A stretch of 64,000 nt of DNA, taken from assembly GCA_040902505.1 (NCBI GenBank), contig JBBDXE010000032.1, positions 261,158 to 325,157 of the forward strand. The letters are read 5' to 3'. The translations under genes were made by a program, and so were the position numbers. This DNA is from Dehalococcoidia bacterium. GTDB lineage: Bacteria > Chloroflexota > Dehalococcoidia > DSTF01 > JACRBR01. Under the pieces are notes generated by a model, which was not told the DNA's origin, made no database searches, and saw nothing but the letters and a program-made list of their open reading frames with translations. Every line of letters starts with the position of its first letter. Positions within the stretch are counted from its first letter, which is position 1. Positions 49,899 through 59,849 of this stretch are shown piece after piece.

Positions 49899-51230
49899 TT
49901 ATCTCCCTCCGAACATGTTCAGGAATCCGGAACGGCCGCTGGCGAAGCCCTGCATGATCTTCTTCGCCTCTTTCCACTGGTTCAGCAGCCGGTTGACCTC
50001 CTGGGGCGTGGTGCCGCTCCCCGCGGCGATCCGGCGGCGGCGGCTTCCGTTGATGATCTCCGGGTGCTTGCGCTCCTCCGGCGTCATAGCGTACACGACA
50101 GCCTCGGCTCGTTTCCAGAAGTCGTCATCCAGGCTGTCCGTGTTGAGCTGGCGCTTCATCTGGGAGACGCCGGGGAGCATCTCGACGAGCTGGTTCAGGG
50201 GCCCCATCTTCTTAATGCGCTGGAACTGCAGGAGGAAGTCCTCCAGGTCCAGCGTCTTGGCCTTCATCTTCTTCTCGATGGCCTGGACGTCCTGCTCGCT
50301 GATGGCGTCCTTGGCCCGCTCGATCAAGCCCAGCATGTCGCCCATGCCGAGGATGCGCGAGGCGAAGCGGTCGGGGTAGAAGGGTTCGAGCGCGTCGGCC
50401 TTCTCGCCGGTGCCGATGAACTTCACGGGCAGACCGGTAACGGCGCGGATCGAGAGCACGGCGCCGCCGCGGGCGTCGCCATCCATCTTCGAGACGACGA
50501 TGCCCGTCACGCCGAGCTGCTCGTGGAACTGCTGGGCGACGTTCACGGCTTCCTGTCCGGTCATGGCGTCGAGCACCAGGATGACTTCGTTCGGGTTGAG
50601 GGTGCTGCGCATCGCGGACACCTCGGCCATCATCTCCTCGTCGATGGTCGAGCGGCCGGCGGTATCGACGATGACGACGCTGGCGGCCTGCCGCTTCGCC
50701 TCGCCGAGGGATGCGGCGCAGAGGTCGGTGAGCTTCTGTTGATCCTCGCCCTGGAAGACGGCCATGTTGAGCTGCTTGCCCAGGGAGCGGAGCTGCTCGC
50801 CGGCGGCCATGCGGTAGGGGTCGGCGGCGACGAGCAGCGGCTTCTGCCCCTGCTTTCGCATGTGCAGGCCGAGCTTCGCGGCGGTGGTGGTCTTGCCGGA
50901 GCCCTTCAGCCCGACGAGCATGATCACCGTGGGCGCCTTCGAGGCCAGCTGGAGCGTCGAGGGGCTGCCGCCGAGGATGCCGACCAGCTCCTCGTTGACG
51001 ATGCCGATGACCTGCTGGGGGCCGGTGAGGCTCTTCAGCACCTCGCCGCCGAGCGCGCGTTCGCGGACGGAGGCGATGAACTGGCGGACGACCTTGAAGT
51101 TGACGTCGGCTTCGAGCAGCGCGATGCGGACCTCGCGCATGGCTTCGTCGAGGTCCTTTTCGGAGATGGTGCCGCGAGACCCGAGCTTCTGGAAGACGCC
51201 CGAGAGTTTGTCACTGAGGGCTTCGAGCAT
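49899..51230 (-). CDS. ffh: signal recognition particle protein Ffh
   Basis: NG domain (GLKGSGKTTTAAKL, DTAGR) and M domain (Met-rich). Stop is 2 nt before the rpsP start. Confidence 0.95.
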   Translation of the reverse strand: MLEALSDKLSGVFQKLGSRGTISEKDLDEAMREVRIALLEADVNFKVVRQFIASVRERALGGEVLKSLTGPQQVIGIVNEELVGILGGSPSTLQLASKAPTVIMLVGLKGSGKTTTAAKLGLHMRKQGQKPLLVAADPYRMAAGEQLRSLGKQLNMAVFQGEDQQKLTDLCAASLGEAKRQAASVVIVDTAGRSTIDEEMMAEVSAMRSTLNPNEVILVLDAMTGQEAVNVAQQFHEQLGVTGIVVSKMDGDARGGAVLSIRAVTGLPVKFIGTGEKADALEPFYPDRFASRILGMGDMLGLIERAKDAISEQDVQAIEKKMKAKTLDLEDFLLQFQRIKKMGPLNQLVEMLPGVSQMKRQLNTDSLDDDFWKRAEAVVYAMTPEERKHPEIINGSRRRRIAAGSGTTPQEVNRLLNQWKEAKKIMQGFASGRSGFLNMFGGR

Positions 51231-51313
51231 AAGCGCTGTATTGTATCATCAGACCAGACTGCAGACTGCTCGGCCAGTGGCCCTTGCACGCAGAGCCGTA
51301 CGTGAGGATGGCC

Positions 51314-51541
51314 ATGACAAGAACGATTTACCTGACAGCGGTCATCGAGAGGGAGGGCGACGGTTACGTCGCGCCCTGCCCTGAACTCGACATCGCCAGT
51401 CAGGGCGACTCGGTGGATGAGGCGCGAAGCAACCTGGTCGAGGCGCTCGAAGGGTTCTTTGCGGTTGCGAGTCAGTCAGAAATTCGCGAGAGCCTGCCCA
51501 CGGAGATGTATGTAGAACGGCTCGAACTGGCCATTGGGTAG
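51314..51541 (+). CDS. hicB: HicB family antitoxin (UPF0150 fold)
   Basis: MTRTIYLTAVIEREGDGYVAPCPELDIASQGDSVDEARSNLVEALEGFF matches the HicB N-terminal domain. ATG 51314 lies 5 nt after GAGGA. The six-frame ORF begins at TTG 51284. Confidence 0.7.
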   Translation: MTRTIYLTAVIEREGDGYVAPCPELDIASQGDSVDEARSNLVEALEGFFAVASQSEIRESLPTEMYVERLELAIG

Positions 51542-51567
51542 GCTGCGCGTTCTTTTCCGGCAGAGAC

Positions 51568-51755
51568 GTGCGGCGAATCCTGGAACAACACGGCTTTGTC
51601 TTCGCCCGTCAGCAGGGCAGTCACATGATGATGCTCCGTCAGGTGGGCGAGAGCACTATTACCGTTTCCGACCTGACCATCGAGAACTGCGCGCGGGTAC
51701 GCTCAGGGCGATCATCAAACGGTCGCGCCTTCAGCGCGAACTGTTCGAGGAATAG
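51568..51755 (+). pseudogene. hicA: HicA toxin gene disrupted by a frameshift
   Basis: The N-terminal half of HicA (RRILEQHGFVFARQQGSHMMMLRQVGESTITV) reads from GTG 51568. The conserved C-terminal half (HRELRAGTLRAIIKRSRLQRELFEE, stop 51755) is in another frame. The junction near 51672-51690 (ccgacctgaccatcgag) looks like a 5-nt insertion. Confidence 0.6.
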
Positions 51756-51831
51756 CCCGAGGCGCGCGCTGAGGGGCTCCGTGGGGGGGGAAGAGCGGGT
51801 TCGTCTGCTACGTCAGCTGGAAGCGGCCTCC

Positions 51832-52653
51832 TCAAGACGGGACACTGGCGACGAAGAGCGAGCGCCGGAGCAGCCCTGCCTCGATTGCGGCGACGCCCTT
51901 CCGGCGGTCCCTCTGCCGCTCTTCGTAGCGGACATCTCCTTCGAGGCCGCGCATCCCTGCCTCGTGGCGCAGGTTCGCCTCGAGGTACGCGCGGGCGATG
52001 CGCAGGTACTCCGCGGTCACGTCCGCTTCCTCCATGGCGGTGAACCCGGCCGCGCGCAGCAGGTCGCCCTGGTCGAGGCGCGATGCCACCGCCGGCGGCC
52101 CCGCGTCGACGGCGCGCCGGCGGCCGGCCGGCGACAGGCCCGGCGCCACGAAGATCGTGTAGAAGGCCATGCGTCCGCCCGGGCGGAGGAGACGCCTGCA
52201 CGTCTTCAGCACGGCGAGCTTCGGACGCAGGCAGCACAGTACGTCGGTGTGCACGACGCGGTCGAACGAGCGGGAGCGAAACGGCTGAGCCTGGCCGCTG
52301 GCCACGACGCACGCACTGCGACGGGAGATCCCGGCTGCGGCGGCCCGCTGGGCGGCCTTCCGCATCGCCGGCACCGGCACGTCGGTGAGTACGACGTTAC
52401 AGCCCGTCTTCGATGCGAGGTAGAGCCCCGGCCAGCCAAGCCCGGCACCGAGGTCGAGCAACGCCATCCCGCCCCGCAGGTCAAGCGCGGGGGCCAATGT
52501 GTCGGCCTGCGCCGGGGTGGTGTAGCCGCTGACCCCCGTGGACGCGCCCATCACGTCGAGCTCGACCGCCTGCATCGCGGGAGCGCCCGCCAGCTCGTAC
52601 CAGGCAGCGAATGTCTGGACGCACTCGGTGTCACGCTCGCACGCGCGCGTCAT
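51832..52653 (-). CDS. class I SAM-dependent methyltransferase
   Basis: ATG 52653 follows GGGGAGG. Motif I is LLDLGAGLGWPGLYLA, with a post-I acidic residue and motif II. The remainder of the longer six-frame ORF is rejected. Confidence 0.7.
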   Translation of the reverse strand: MTRACERDTECVQTFAAWYELAGAPAMQAVELDVMGASTGVSGYTTPAQADTLAPALDLRGGMALLDLGAGLGWPGLYLASKTGCNVVLTDVPVPAMRKAAQRAAAAGISRRSACVVASGQAQPFRSRSFDRVVHTDVLCCLRPKLAVLKTCRRLLRPGGRMAFYTIFVAPGLSPAGRRRAVDAGPPAVASRLDQGDLLRAAGFTAMEEADVTAEYLRIARAYLEANLRHEAGMRGLEGDVRYEERQRDRRKGVAAIEAGLLRRSLFVASVPS

Positions 52654-52699
52654 CGAACCTCCCCGGCCGTGACAGCACCGGGCGCCGGCGAACCCGACG

Positions 52700-55600
52700 C
52701 TAGCGGGCCGTGGCGCTCGCCCGCTCCAGCTCCTCGTCCGGAATGACGTGCCAGATCTGGACGCCGGGGTTCTGGTACGCCAGTTCCAGCGCCCCGCTGA
52801 GGCCATCGTCGAACTTCTCCAGCCCGCCCTCGGAGTAGTAGTTGCGCTCGACGTCGCCGACGATCACCCATTCGACGCCGTATTTCTGCAGGATGTCGCG
52901 GGCCTGCTGCACGTCGCCCGTGTCGTAGAACTGGTTCACGTCGGCCTTGCGGGCCTCGACGGTCTGGGCGAACTTCACGCGCTGCTGCGCCTGATGCCAG
53001 TCCCAGCCGAGGACGGTCGGTAGGCCTGTGTAGATCGCGAAGCGGCTGCCGAAGTGGTAGATGCCGGTCACCGCCTCGATCGTCGTGGGGGTGCCGTCGA
53101 TGTTCGCCCGCATCCAGTTGATGGCGTCCCGGGTGGAGGCGAAGTCCGTCTCGCCGCCGCGGCCGCTGCGGTCGTCGAAGTCGACGTACGCCGCCCTGGG
53201 GCTGTCCATGTAGTCCATGCCGTTGATCCCGGTGCCCTGGGCGGGGTCGAAGCGCTCGTGCAGGCGGGCGCGCGTGCCGACATAGGGGAAGACCAACGTC
53301 AGCGCGAGCAGCACCGCGGCCAGGGTGGCGAAGGCGAAGCGCGGCGCGCGCACCATCGACGCGTCGAGGGAGCCGACGCGCTGGAAGAACGCTTCCTGGG
53401 GGCGCATGACGGCGAAGATGTACCAGAGCGCGTAGGCGCCGGCGACGCCCCAGAGGATCCACACGTGCAGGTAGAACTTGAACACGGTGTTCATGCGCCC
53501 GATATCGCCGTCGAGGGTGAGCAACTCCACGCCGCCGGTGAGGCCAAGGCCGAGCGCGATCATCGCGTAGACGAAGAGCAGGACGGGAGCGGAGGGGGCG
53601 GGGCTGCGGACCGCGCGGTAGGCCGCCAGCAGGACGGCCATAAGCCCCACGAGGGAGAATACGGTCACGCCCCAGCGCTGCATGGTGCCGGCCCACACCA
53701 GGACTCCGCCGGCGGCGATGAGCGCGAGCATGACCGGGGCGGTCTCGATGGGGCGGCGGCGCCCGCGGCCGAAGAAGATCATCCGGGTGAGCCAGGCACG
53801 CGTGATCACGCGGTTCAGCTGGAAGACCACCAGCCCGCCGATGAGGAAGAGCAGCACGCCGAAGTGGCTGAGGAAGTCGCCGAGGGCCGACGTCTGCTCC
53901 GACTGGCTGACGCCGGCGTACGCCTGGTTGTAGTTGGCGATGAAGGGGGCGAAGAACACGAAGCTCAGGCCCACCATCACGAGCGACTTGAAGGCGCCGA
54001 CGCCCAGGCCACGCAGAGTGACGCGGCCGTCCTTCGCGCGTTCGGCGACGAGGATCGCCCCGGCGCCGAGCAGCAGGAACGGCGGGTAGTCCCAGGAGTT
54101 GATCCAACGCAACGCGCCGACGATCAGCGCCAACACGACGACCATCAGCCAGCTGGCGATCTCGCGGGAGCGGGCATCGGCGCGGGCGAGCCGCGTGAAG
54201 TTCGTGACGGCGCCGAATGCCACGGCGGCGGCCGTGATCGCGAAGGGGATGGCCATCAGATGGGCGTGCAGGTCGGCGAAGAGGAACGTCCAGTACGGGA
54301 ACTCAGTGATCGGCAGCACCTCGCCGGGCTCGTTCGTGCTGACCGCCCGGCTGGGCTCCCACCAGTTGTAGCCGTAGACGAACTCCCGGAGTGAGACATC
54401 TCCGACGGCGACTTCCTTGAGCGCACCGGCTATGGTGAGCGCCCCGCCGATCATCGGCACGCCGTCGCCCCATGAGCTGTAGCGCGAAGCCGTGACCTGC
54501 AGTTCCGAGAGCGCGTTGAGGTTCCCCGCGATGAGCACGAGGAAGACGCCGGCAAGCCCGGCGACGATCGGGCCGGCGACGCCGATCGGCAGGCCGCCAG
54601 GGCGGCGCTTCATGAGCCGCCGCGTCGTCTCGGCGAGGTTGTAGGTGAGCGAGAAGACCGCGGCCGCCGAGAGCGCGAAGAACATCGGCACAAGCAGGTT
54701 GTAGGCGACTTCTGGCACGATGCCGGTGAGCTTCACGAAGGTCCCGGAGATGAACTGGCCATAGTAGTAGTAGTTCAGGTAGCCGTCGGCGTACCAGGGG
54801 TCGATGGCGCCCTGAGTCATGTCGGTCGTGCGGATGACGCCGTTCAGATAGGCGAGTTCCATCGGCTTCTCGCCGCCGCGCGATCCGTGCCAGAGGTCGG
54901 GGTTGTGGAGCCGCAGCCAGAACGCGAAGAGGAACGCCAGCAGGAAGAGCGCCTCGGCGAAGAGCAGGAAGCGCCAGCGCTCGCGGACGAACGCCGAGAT
55001 CTCGTCGCGCCAGCGCCACGCCCCGAGCGCGCCGGCGGCGACCAGCACGAGCATCGCGGCGACGATCCAGCCGCGGGTGAAGTCCGTGATGCCCTGCGTC
55101 GCCGGCGCGTACACGAGGTACGAGAGCGCCAGCACGCCCAGTGGCTTCGAGAGCAGGAAGCCGCGGTCGGGCAGGGCACGGAAGAGCACGATCGCCAGGG
55201 GCGCCACGGCGAACGCGGCCAGCTCGATCGCGAACAGCCACACCAGCAACGGGTGCTGGTTCGCGAAGCTCGATGCGTCGAAGATATCGGTCCAGGTGCC
55301 GCCGGCATGTTGCCGCGCCCGCACGTTCGGTGTGAAGAGCAGTCCGTTCTGCGCGGCGTCCTTCGGGAGGATGCTCATCCCGGGCAGGAAGGCGTCGACG
55401 CCCAGCACCTCCCGCGCGCGCTCGACGGAGAACGCGTCGGTCTTCTTGTAGACCGTGACCTTCGGGTGGTCGTACACCGAGTACGACTCCTCGGCGCCGG
55501 TGTCGTCCAGCTCGAAGCCGAAGATCGACGGGTACGAAGTGAACTCGGCGGCCTTCTCGAACCCCAGCTCGCCGGACTCGAGGGCTTCGTAGTAGCGCGA

Positions 55601-57421
55601 GGTCACGGGCCAGACCGCGGGCACGCGCGGGATCGTCCCCGAGAGGCGGGCGCTGCTGAGCGCGATGTAGTCGACGGCGTCGAGGTTGGAGATCAGCTGC
55701 TCGGCGTGTTCGGGCGTATCGCCGTCGTAGTTGTTGAAGGTGACGCTGCCGAACTGGCGCGGGGGGACGCCCTGCACGGTGAACGGCACTTCGTCGTCCC
55801 AGTGCTCGTGACCGACGACGGCGCCCGCCTCGACGTTCGCGTGGAACCATCTCGACGCGGCGAAGCGGGTCACCTCCTGCGTATAGATGTGGTAGAACGC
55901 CAGCCCCATCAGGAGCGTCATCAGCACGACCACGCCGACGCCCGCGCGCGTCGCGTAGGAAAGGCTCGCGCGCGCGGGCGCCAGACGTTCGCCGAATCGG
56001 CCAAACGCCGCCAGCGGGGCGCCGTCCGACCCCCACTGCCAGGCGCGATAGAGCAGCGCCGCGCCGAGGACGGTCAGCGTCGGATAGAGCGGCAGGAAGT
56101 ACCGCATGTAGAGCGAGAACTGCGCGCCCATGAAGCCGAAGTAACCCAGGACCCAGGCCAGCGGCACCAGCCACACGCCCTCCCGCCGGCGGACGGCCCA
56201 GAACGCCGCGAAGGCCACACCGAGCCAGGCGGTCACGCCGAGCGCCGGGCCCATGCCCCAGGCCATCATCTGCTGGGCGGGCCAGAGCCACTTCGAGCGG
56301 CCGATCCACTGCACGTTCGGCGGGAAGGCGCCCCCGCCGAGCAGTTCTCGCTGCTTCACCTGATCGTCCAGCCACTGCTGGTTCATGATGTCGGGGTAGA
56401 CGAGCGGAACCTTCAGGACGGTGCCCTCGGTGGGCGTGACCACGTCCGTCAGGCTCGGCGTCTTGAACGCGTAGGGCATGGCGAGGCGGAAGACGAGGAA
56501 CGCCGCTACCAGCGCCAGCATCGAGCCGAGGAAGAACGTCGCGACGGCGGAGTCGAGCCGATGGCCGTCCTGCTGGCGGTCGTACTCCCGGCGCGGGCCG
56601 TACCACCAGGGCGCGACGAAGGGCTTGACGCCGGGCCAGGCGCGCACACCGATCGCGAGGACGACGACGGGGAGCAGCGAGACGGCGGTGATCTTCGTCG
56701 CGGCGGCGAGCCCGGCACAGGCGCCCGCGAGGGCGAAGTTGCGCCAGCCTCCCGACTGCGCCGACCGCACGGCGTAGTAGATCGCGCCGGTGGCGAAGAA
56801 GGTGAGGAACGGGTCGACGACGAAGAAGTGGGCGTTCTGGATCGGGAACGCCGAGACCGCGTAGAGGAACGCCGCCAGCAGTCCCACGCCTCGCGAGACC
56901 AGCGCCCGTCCGAGGAGGAAGACGAAGATGATCGTGCCAAGGTCAAACAGGGCAGCCAGCGCGCGGCCGCTCAGGTTGTAGTGGTCGTAGTTGTCGTAGT
57001 TGTCGAGCGTCCCGAGGGAGAGGGTGTGGAGGTTGGTGGCGACGAACTTGTTCAGGAAGAGCGGCAGCGTGCCGTAAACGAACGTCCCCTGGCGGCTGCC
57101 GTCGTCGCGCTCGATGTTGTAGGGGTTGAGGGCGGAGGTGTCGGTATCGAAGTAGTTGGCGATGCTGCTCGGTGCGCGGATGTCGCCGCTGATCGAGGTG
57201 ATGAAGCGTTCGTCCGGGTGGAGGTGGCCGGTGTTGTCCCAGTTGAGGTGGTTGAGTCGCAGGAAGCCGGCCAGCAGCAGGATGCCGGCCAGGGCGAGGA
57301 TGGTGGCCGCGCGGCTCCACTCCCCCGCGAACACGTCGAGGCGCAGGCTGGGGATGACCCGGCCGGGAGCGGCGGGCGCAGCCGCGGTCTGGCTCTGGAT
57401 CCGGGAGACTTCTTCTCTCAT
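52700..57421 (-). CDS. DUF2298 / Chlor_Arch_YYY-domain giant polytopic membrane protein with N-terminal GT-C (PMT/ArnT-like) glycosyltransferase module
   Basis: 1573 aa with at least 25 predicted TM segments. HPDERF (a DE-type motif) sits in the first extracytoplasmic loop. GYLNYYYYGQF is the tyrosine run that gives the Chloroflexi/Archaea YYY domain its name. Soluble regions are large. Confidence 0.65.
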   Translation of the reverse strand: MREEVSRIQSQTAAAPAAPGRVIPSLRLDVFAGEWSRAATILALAGILLLAGFLRLNHLNWDNTGHLHPDERFITSISGDIRAPSSIANYFDTDTSALNPYNIERDDGSRQGTFVYGTLPLFLNKFVATNLHTLSLGTLDNYDNYDHYNLSGRALAALFDLGTIIFVFLLGRALVSRGVGLLAAFLYAVSAFPIQNAHFFVVDPFLTFFATGAIYYAVRSAQSGGWRNFALAGACAGLAAATKITAVSLLPVVVLAIGVRAWPGVKPFVAPWWYGPRREYDRQQDGHRLDSAVATFFLGSMLALVAAFLVFRLAMPYAFKTPSLTDVVTPTEGTVLKVPLVYPDIMNQQWLDDQVKQRELLGGGAFPPNVQWIGRSKWLWPAQQMMAWGMGPALGVTAWLGVAFAAFWAVRRREGVWLVPLAWVLGYFGFMGAQFSLYMRYFLPLYPTLTVLGAALLYRAWQWGSDGAPLAAFGRFGERLAPARASLSYATRAGVGVVVLMTLLMGLAFYHIYTQEVTRFAASRWFHANVEAGAVVGHEHWDDEVPFTVQGVPPRQFGSVTFNNYDGDTPEHAEQLISNLDAVDYIALSSARLSGTIPRVPAVWPVTSRYYEALESGELGFEKAAEFTSYPSIFGFELDDTGAEESYSVYDHPKVTVYKKTDAFSVERAREVLGVDAFLPGMSILPKDAAQNGLLFTPNVRARQHAGGTWTDIFDASSFANQHPLLVWLFAIELAAFAVAPLAIVLFRALPDRGFLLSKPLGVLALSYLVYAPATQGITDFTRGWIVAAMLVLVAAGALGAWRWRDEISAFVRERWRFLLFAEALFLLAFLFAFWLRLHNPDLWHGSRGGEKPMELAYLNGVIRTTDMTQGAIDPWYADGYLNYYYYGQFISGTFVKLTGIVPEVAYNLLVPMFFALSAAAVFSLTYNLAETTRRLMKRRPGGLPIGVAGPIVAGLAGVFLVLIAGNLNALSELQVTASRYSSWGDGVPMIGGALTIAGALKEVAVGDVSLREFVYGYNWWEPSRAVSTNEPGEVLPITEFPYWTFLFADLHAHLMAIPFAITAAAVAFGAVTNFTRLARADARSREIASWLMVVVLALIVGALRWINSWDYPPFLLLGAGAILVAERAKDGRVTLRGLGVGAFKSLVMVGLSFVFFAPFIANYNQAYAGVSQSEQTSALGDFLSHFGVLLFLIGGLVVFQLNRVITRAWLTRMIFFGRGRRRPIETAPVMLALIAAGGVLVWAGTMQRWGVTVFSLVGLMAVLLAAYRAVRSPAPSAPVLLFVYAMIALGLGLTGGVELLTLDGDIGRMNTVFKFYLHVWILWGVAGAYALWYIFAVMRPQEAFFQRVGSLDASMVRAPRFAFATLAAVLLALTLVFPYVGTRARLHERFDPAQGTGINGMDYMDSPRAAYVDFDDRSGRGGETDFASTRDAINWMRANIDGTPTTIEAVTGIYHFGSRFAIYTGLPTVLGWDWHQAQQRVKFAQTVEARKADVNQFYDTGDVQQARDILQKYGVEWVIVGDVERNYYSEGGLEKFDDGLSGALELAYQNPGVQIWHVIPDEELERASATAR

Positions 57422-57618
57422 TCGGTCGAATCGCCGGAGTGCGGGGTGCGGATCACGCCTGGAGTCTCAGTAATATAGCAGTTGTTCTTATGTCACAGCC
57501 GCAGATACGGATGCGCTCCTACGCCCGATAGAACGCAGTCCCGTGGCCTGCGATACACCTACGCACACCGGGCTGGGACGGATGATCCTGTACCGAGACC
57601 CCTGACAAGAGAAGATGC

Positions 57619-59139
57619 CTAGCCTTCGACGGGGCGGTCGCGCATCGGGCCGGGGCGGGGCCGCTCCGTGCTGTCGGGGGCGGCGGCGTGCGCGCCCATG
57701 GTGCCGGGCAGCGTGAACCGGAAGGTCGTGCCGCCGCCCGGGCGAGCCTCGGCGCTGATCTCGCCGCCGTGGGCGCGCACGATCTCGCGGGAGATGGCCA
57801 GACCGAGCCCGCTGCCGGGCTGGGCGGCCTCCGCGCCTTCGCCGCGATAGAAGCGGTCGAACACGTGCGGCAGGTCGTCCGCCGGGATGCCCTCGCCGTC
57901 GTCCGAAACGTACAGCTCGACGAAGGCGGCGGCGCCCGCGCGCGCGCCAGCCTCGATGCGGCCGCCGCGCGGAGTGTGGCGGAAGGCGTTATCGAAGAGG
58001 TTGCCGAGGACCTGCTCGATGCGGTCGAAGTCGGCGGTGCAGGTTGCGGCGAGGGGCGCGGCGGCGACGGCCAGCGTCACGCCGGCCTCTTCGGCGCGGC
58101 GCGCGAAGACGTCGCCCACGTGCGCCAGCAGCTCGGGCAGTCGCACCTCCGCCAGCTCCATGCGCTGCTGCCCGGACTGGATCCGCGAGAGGTCGAGCAG
58201 CTCCTCGACGAGGTGGAGCACGCGCCGGGACTCGGCGTCGATGACGCGGGCGGCGCGGGCGCGCTCGTCGGGGCTCTCGAGGGTGCCGTCGAGCATCGCC
58301 TGCGAAAAGCCGCGGATCGACGTGAGGGGCGTCTTCAGCTCGTGGGAGACGTTGGCCAGGAAGTCGCGCAGTGTGCGCTGCGACGCTTCGACGGAGTCGG
58401 CCATGCGGTTCACGTCGGCGGCGAGGGTGCGCACTTCGGACGGGCCCTCGACGGGCACGCGCTGGCGATAGTCGCCGCCGGCCACGGCGCGGATGCCGCC
58501 CGTAACCTTGCGCAGCGGAGGGTAGAGCGATCCGAGCAGCACGCCACCGACGACCACCGCGGCCAGCCCGCCGACGATAGCGGCGAAGGTGAGGCGCGGG
58601 AGCAGATCGCCCCAGACGTCGCGGCGGGAGGTCTCGGGCATGGCGATCACGATCGACGCGATGCCGCCGGGCAGCGCGCGGACGGCGCGGGTGGTGGGGA
58701 CGGTGACGTACACCAGGTCCTGTCCGTCGCTCGTGGTGTGGCGGTTGAGGGCCAGCTCCTCGAACTGGGGGCCGAGCTGGGGCGCGGCGGGGACGCCGAA
58801 CCGCTCGTCGAGGAGGGCGGCGTCGGTGGTGCTCTCCGGGATCACGCGGCCGTTGGCGTCGATGAGCAGCACGATGACGCCGGAGTTCTCGCGCTGCAGC
58901 TCGAGGTACTGCGTCAGCTCGCTGCGCAGCTGCCGCGCCGGGGCGGGGACGCCGGGCTGGGCGGAGAAGAGCGTAAGGTTGTAATAGATGGGCGAGGCCA
59001 CCTGACGCAGCGTCGTCTCGGTGAGGTCGTCGCGGTAGCTGCCGAGCCGCGCGAACAGCGCCACGGCGGCGGCGAACAGCGTCACCAGCACGATGAGCGC
59101 GAAGGATGCGACGAGGCGGAAGCGGAGACTTCGGAACAC
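57619..59139 (-). CDS. sensor histidine kinase (HisKA + HATPase_c)
   Basis: GTG start after GGGGGAG. Two TM segments flank a periplasmic domain. H-box HELKTPLTSIRGF, with N, G1 and G2 boxes (GLGLAISREIV). Confidence 0.85.
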   Translation of the reverse strand: MFRSLRFRLVASFALIVLVTLFAAAVALFARLGSYRDDLTETTLRQVASPIYYNLTLFSAQPGVPAPARQLRSELTQYLELQRENSGVIVLLIDANGRVIPESTTDAALLDERFGVPAAPQLGPQFEELALNRHTTSDGQDLVYVTVPTTRAVRALPGGIASIVIAMPETSRRDVWGDLLPRLTFAAIVGGLAAVVVGGVLLGSLYPPLRKVTGGIRAVAGGDYRQRVPVEGPSEVRTLAADVNRMADSVEASQRTLRDFLANVSHELKTPLTSIRGFSQAMLDGTLESPDERARAARVIDAESRRVLHLVEELLDLSRIQSGQQRMELAEVRLPELLAHVGDVFARRAEEAGVTLAVAAAPLAATCTADFDRIEQVLGNLFDNAFRHTPRGGRIEAGARAGAAAFVELYVSDDGEGIPADDLPHVFDRFYRGEGAEAAQPGSGLGLAISREIVRAHGGEISAEARPGGGTTFRFTLPGTMGAHAAAPDSTERPRPGPMRDRPVEG

Positions 59140-59153
59140 GGGCGCTCCCCCGG

Positions 59154-59849
59154 CTACGCGGCGGGCTCCTCGACGAGCTTGTAGCCGACGCCACGGACGG
59201 TCATGATGCTGATCCCCGAATCGCCGAGCTTCGCGCGGACGTGCTGCACGTGCACGTCGACTGTCCGCGTCTCGCCGTAGAAGTTGTAGCCCCACACGCG
59301 GTCCAGCAACGCCTCGCGCGTCAGCACGATGCCGGCGTTCTCGGCGAAGGCGGCGAGCAGGTCGAACTCCTTCGCGCGCAGGGGGAGGTCCTGTCCCGCC
59401 AGCTTGACCTCGCGGCGCTGCCGGTCGATGGCCAGCTCGCCGACGCGAATCACCTGTCCGGCGGGCTTGTCGTGCGCGCCATCGGCGCGGCGCAGCACGG
59501 CCTTCACGCGCGCCACCAGCTCGCGGGGGTTGAACGGCTTGGTGAGGTAGTCGTCGGCGCCCAACTCCAGCCCGACGATCTTGTCGACGTCCTCATCGCG
59601 GGCGGTGAGCATGATGATGGGGACGTTGCTGCTTTCGCGGACGGCGCGGCAGACGTCGTAGCCGCTCATGCCCGGCAGCATCAGGTCGAGGATGATAAGA
59701 CTCGGCTGCTCCCGGGCGATGGTCTCGACGGCGGACGTGCCATCGACGGCACAGGCGACCTGGAAGCCCTCCTTCTCGAGGTAGAGCGAAGCCAGCTCGC
59801 GGATGTGCGCGTCGTCGTCGACGATGACCACTTTGGCTGCGGCTGGCAT
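59154..59849 (-). CDS. OmpR-family response regulator
   Basis: ATG 59849 follows GGAGGAG. Receiver domain (VVIVDDD...D...K) and winged-helix output (RVWGYNFYGETRTVDVHV). Confidence 0.85.
   Translation of the reverse strand: MPAAAKVVIVDDDAHIRELASLYLEKEGFQVACAVDGTSAVETIAREQPSLIILDLMLPGMSGYDVCRAVRESSNVPIIMLTARDEDVDKIVGLELGADDYLTKPFNPRELVARVKAVLRRADGAHDKPAGQVIRVGELAIDRQRREVKLAGQDLPLRAKEFDLLAAFAENAGIVLTREALLDRVWGYNFYGETRTVDVHVQHVRAKLGDSGISIMTVRGVGYKLVEEPAA

Noticed and set aside
51756-52746. Continuation of the 392-aa ORF starting at 51568 (HicA frame run-on)
   Set aside because: Beyond the HicA-homologous N-terminus it is antisense to the methyltransferase gene and shows no protein-like pattern. 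It is interpreted as run-on after a frameshift.
57422-57618. Possible small ncRNA or promoter in the low-GC spacer upstream of the giant membrane protein gene
   Set aside because: A TATATT -10-like hexamer is present on the minus strand (57472-57477). No convincing -35 at correct spacing and no conserved structure could be established by eye.
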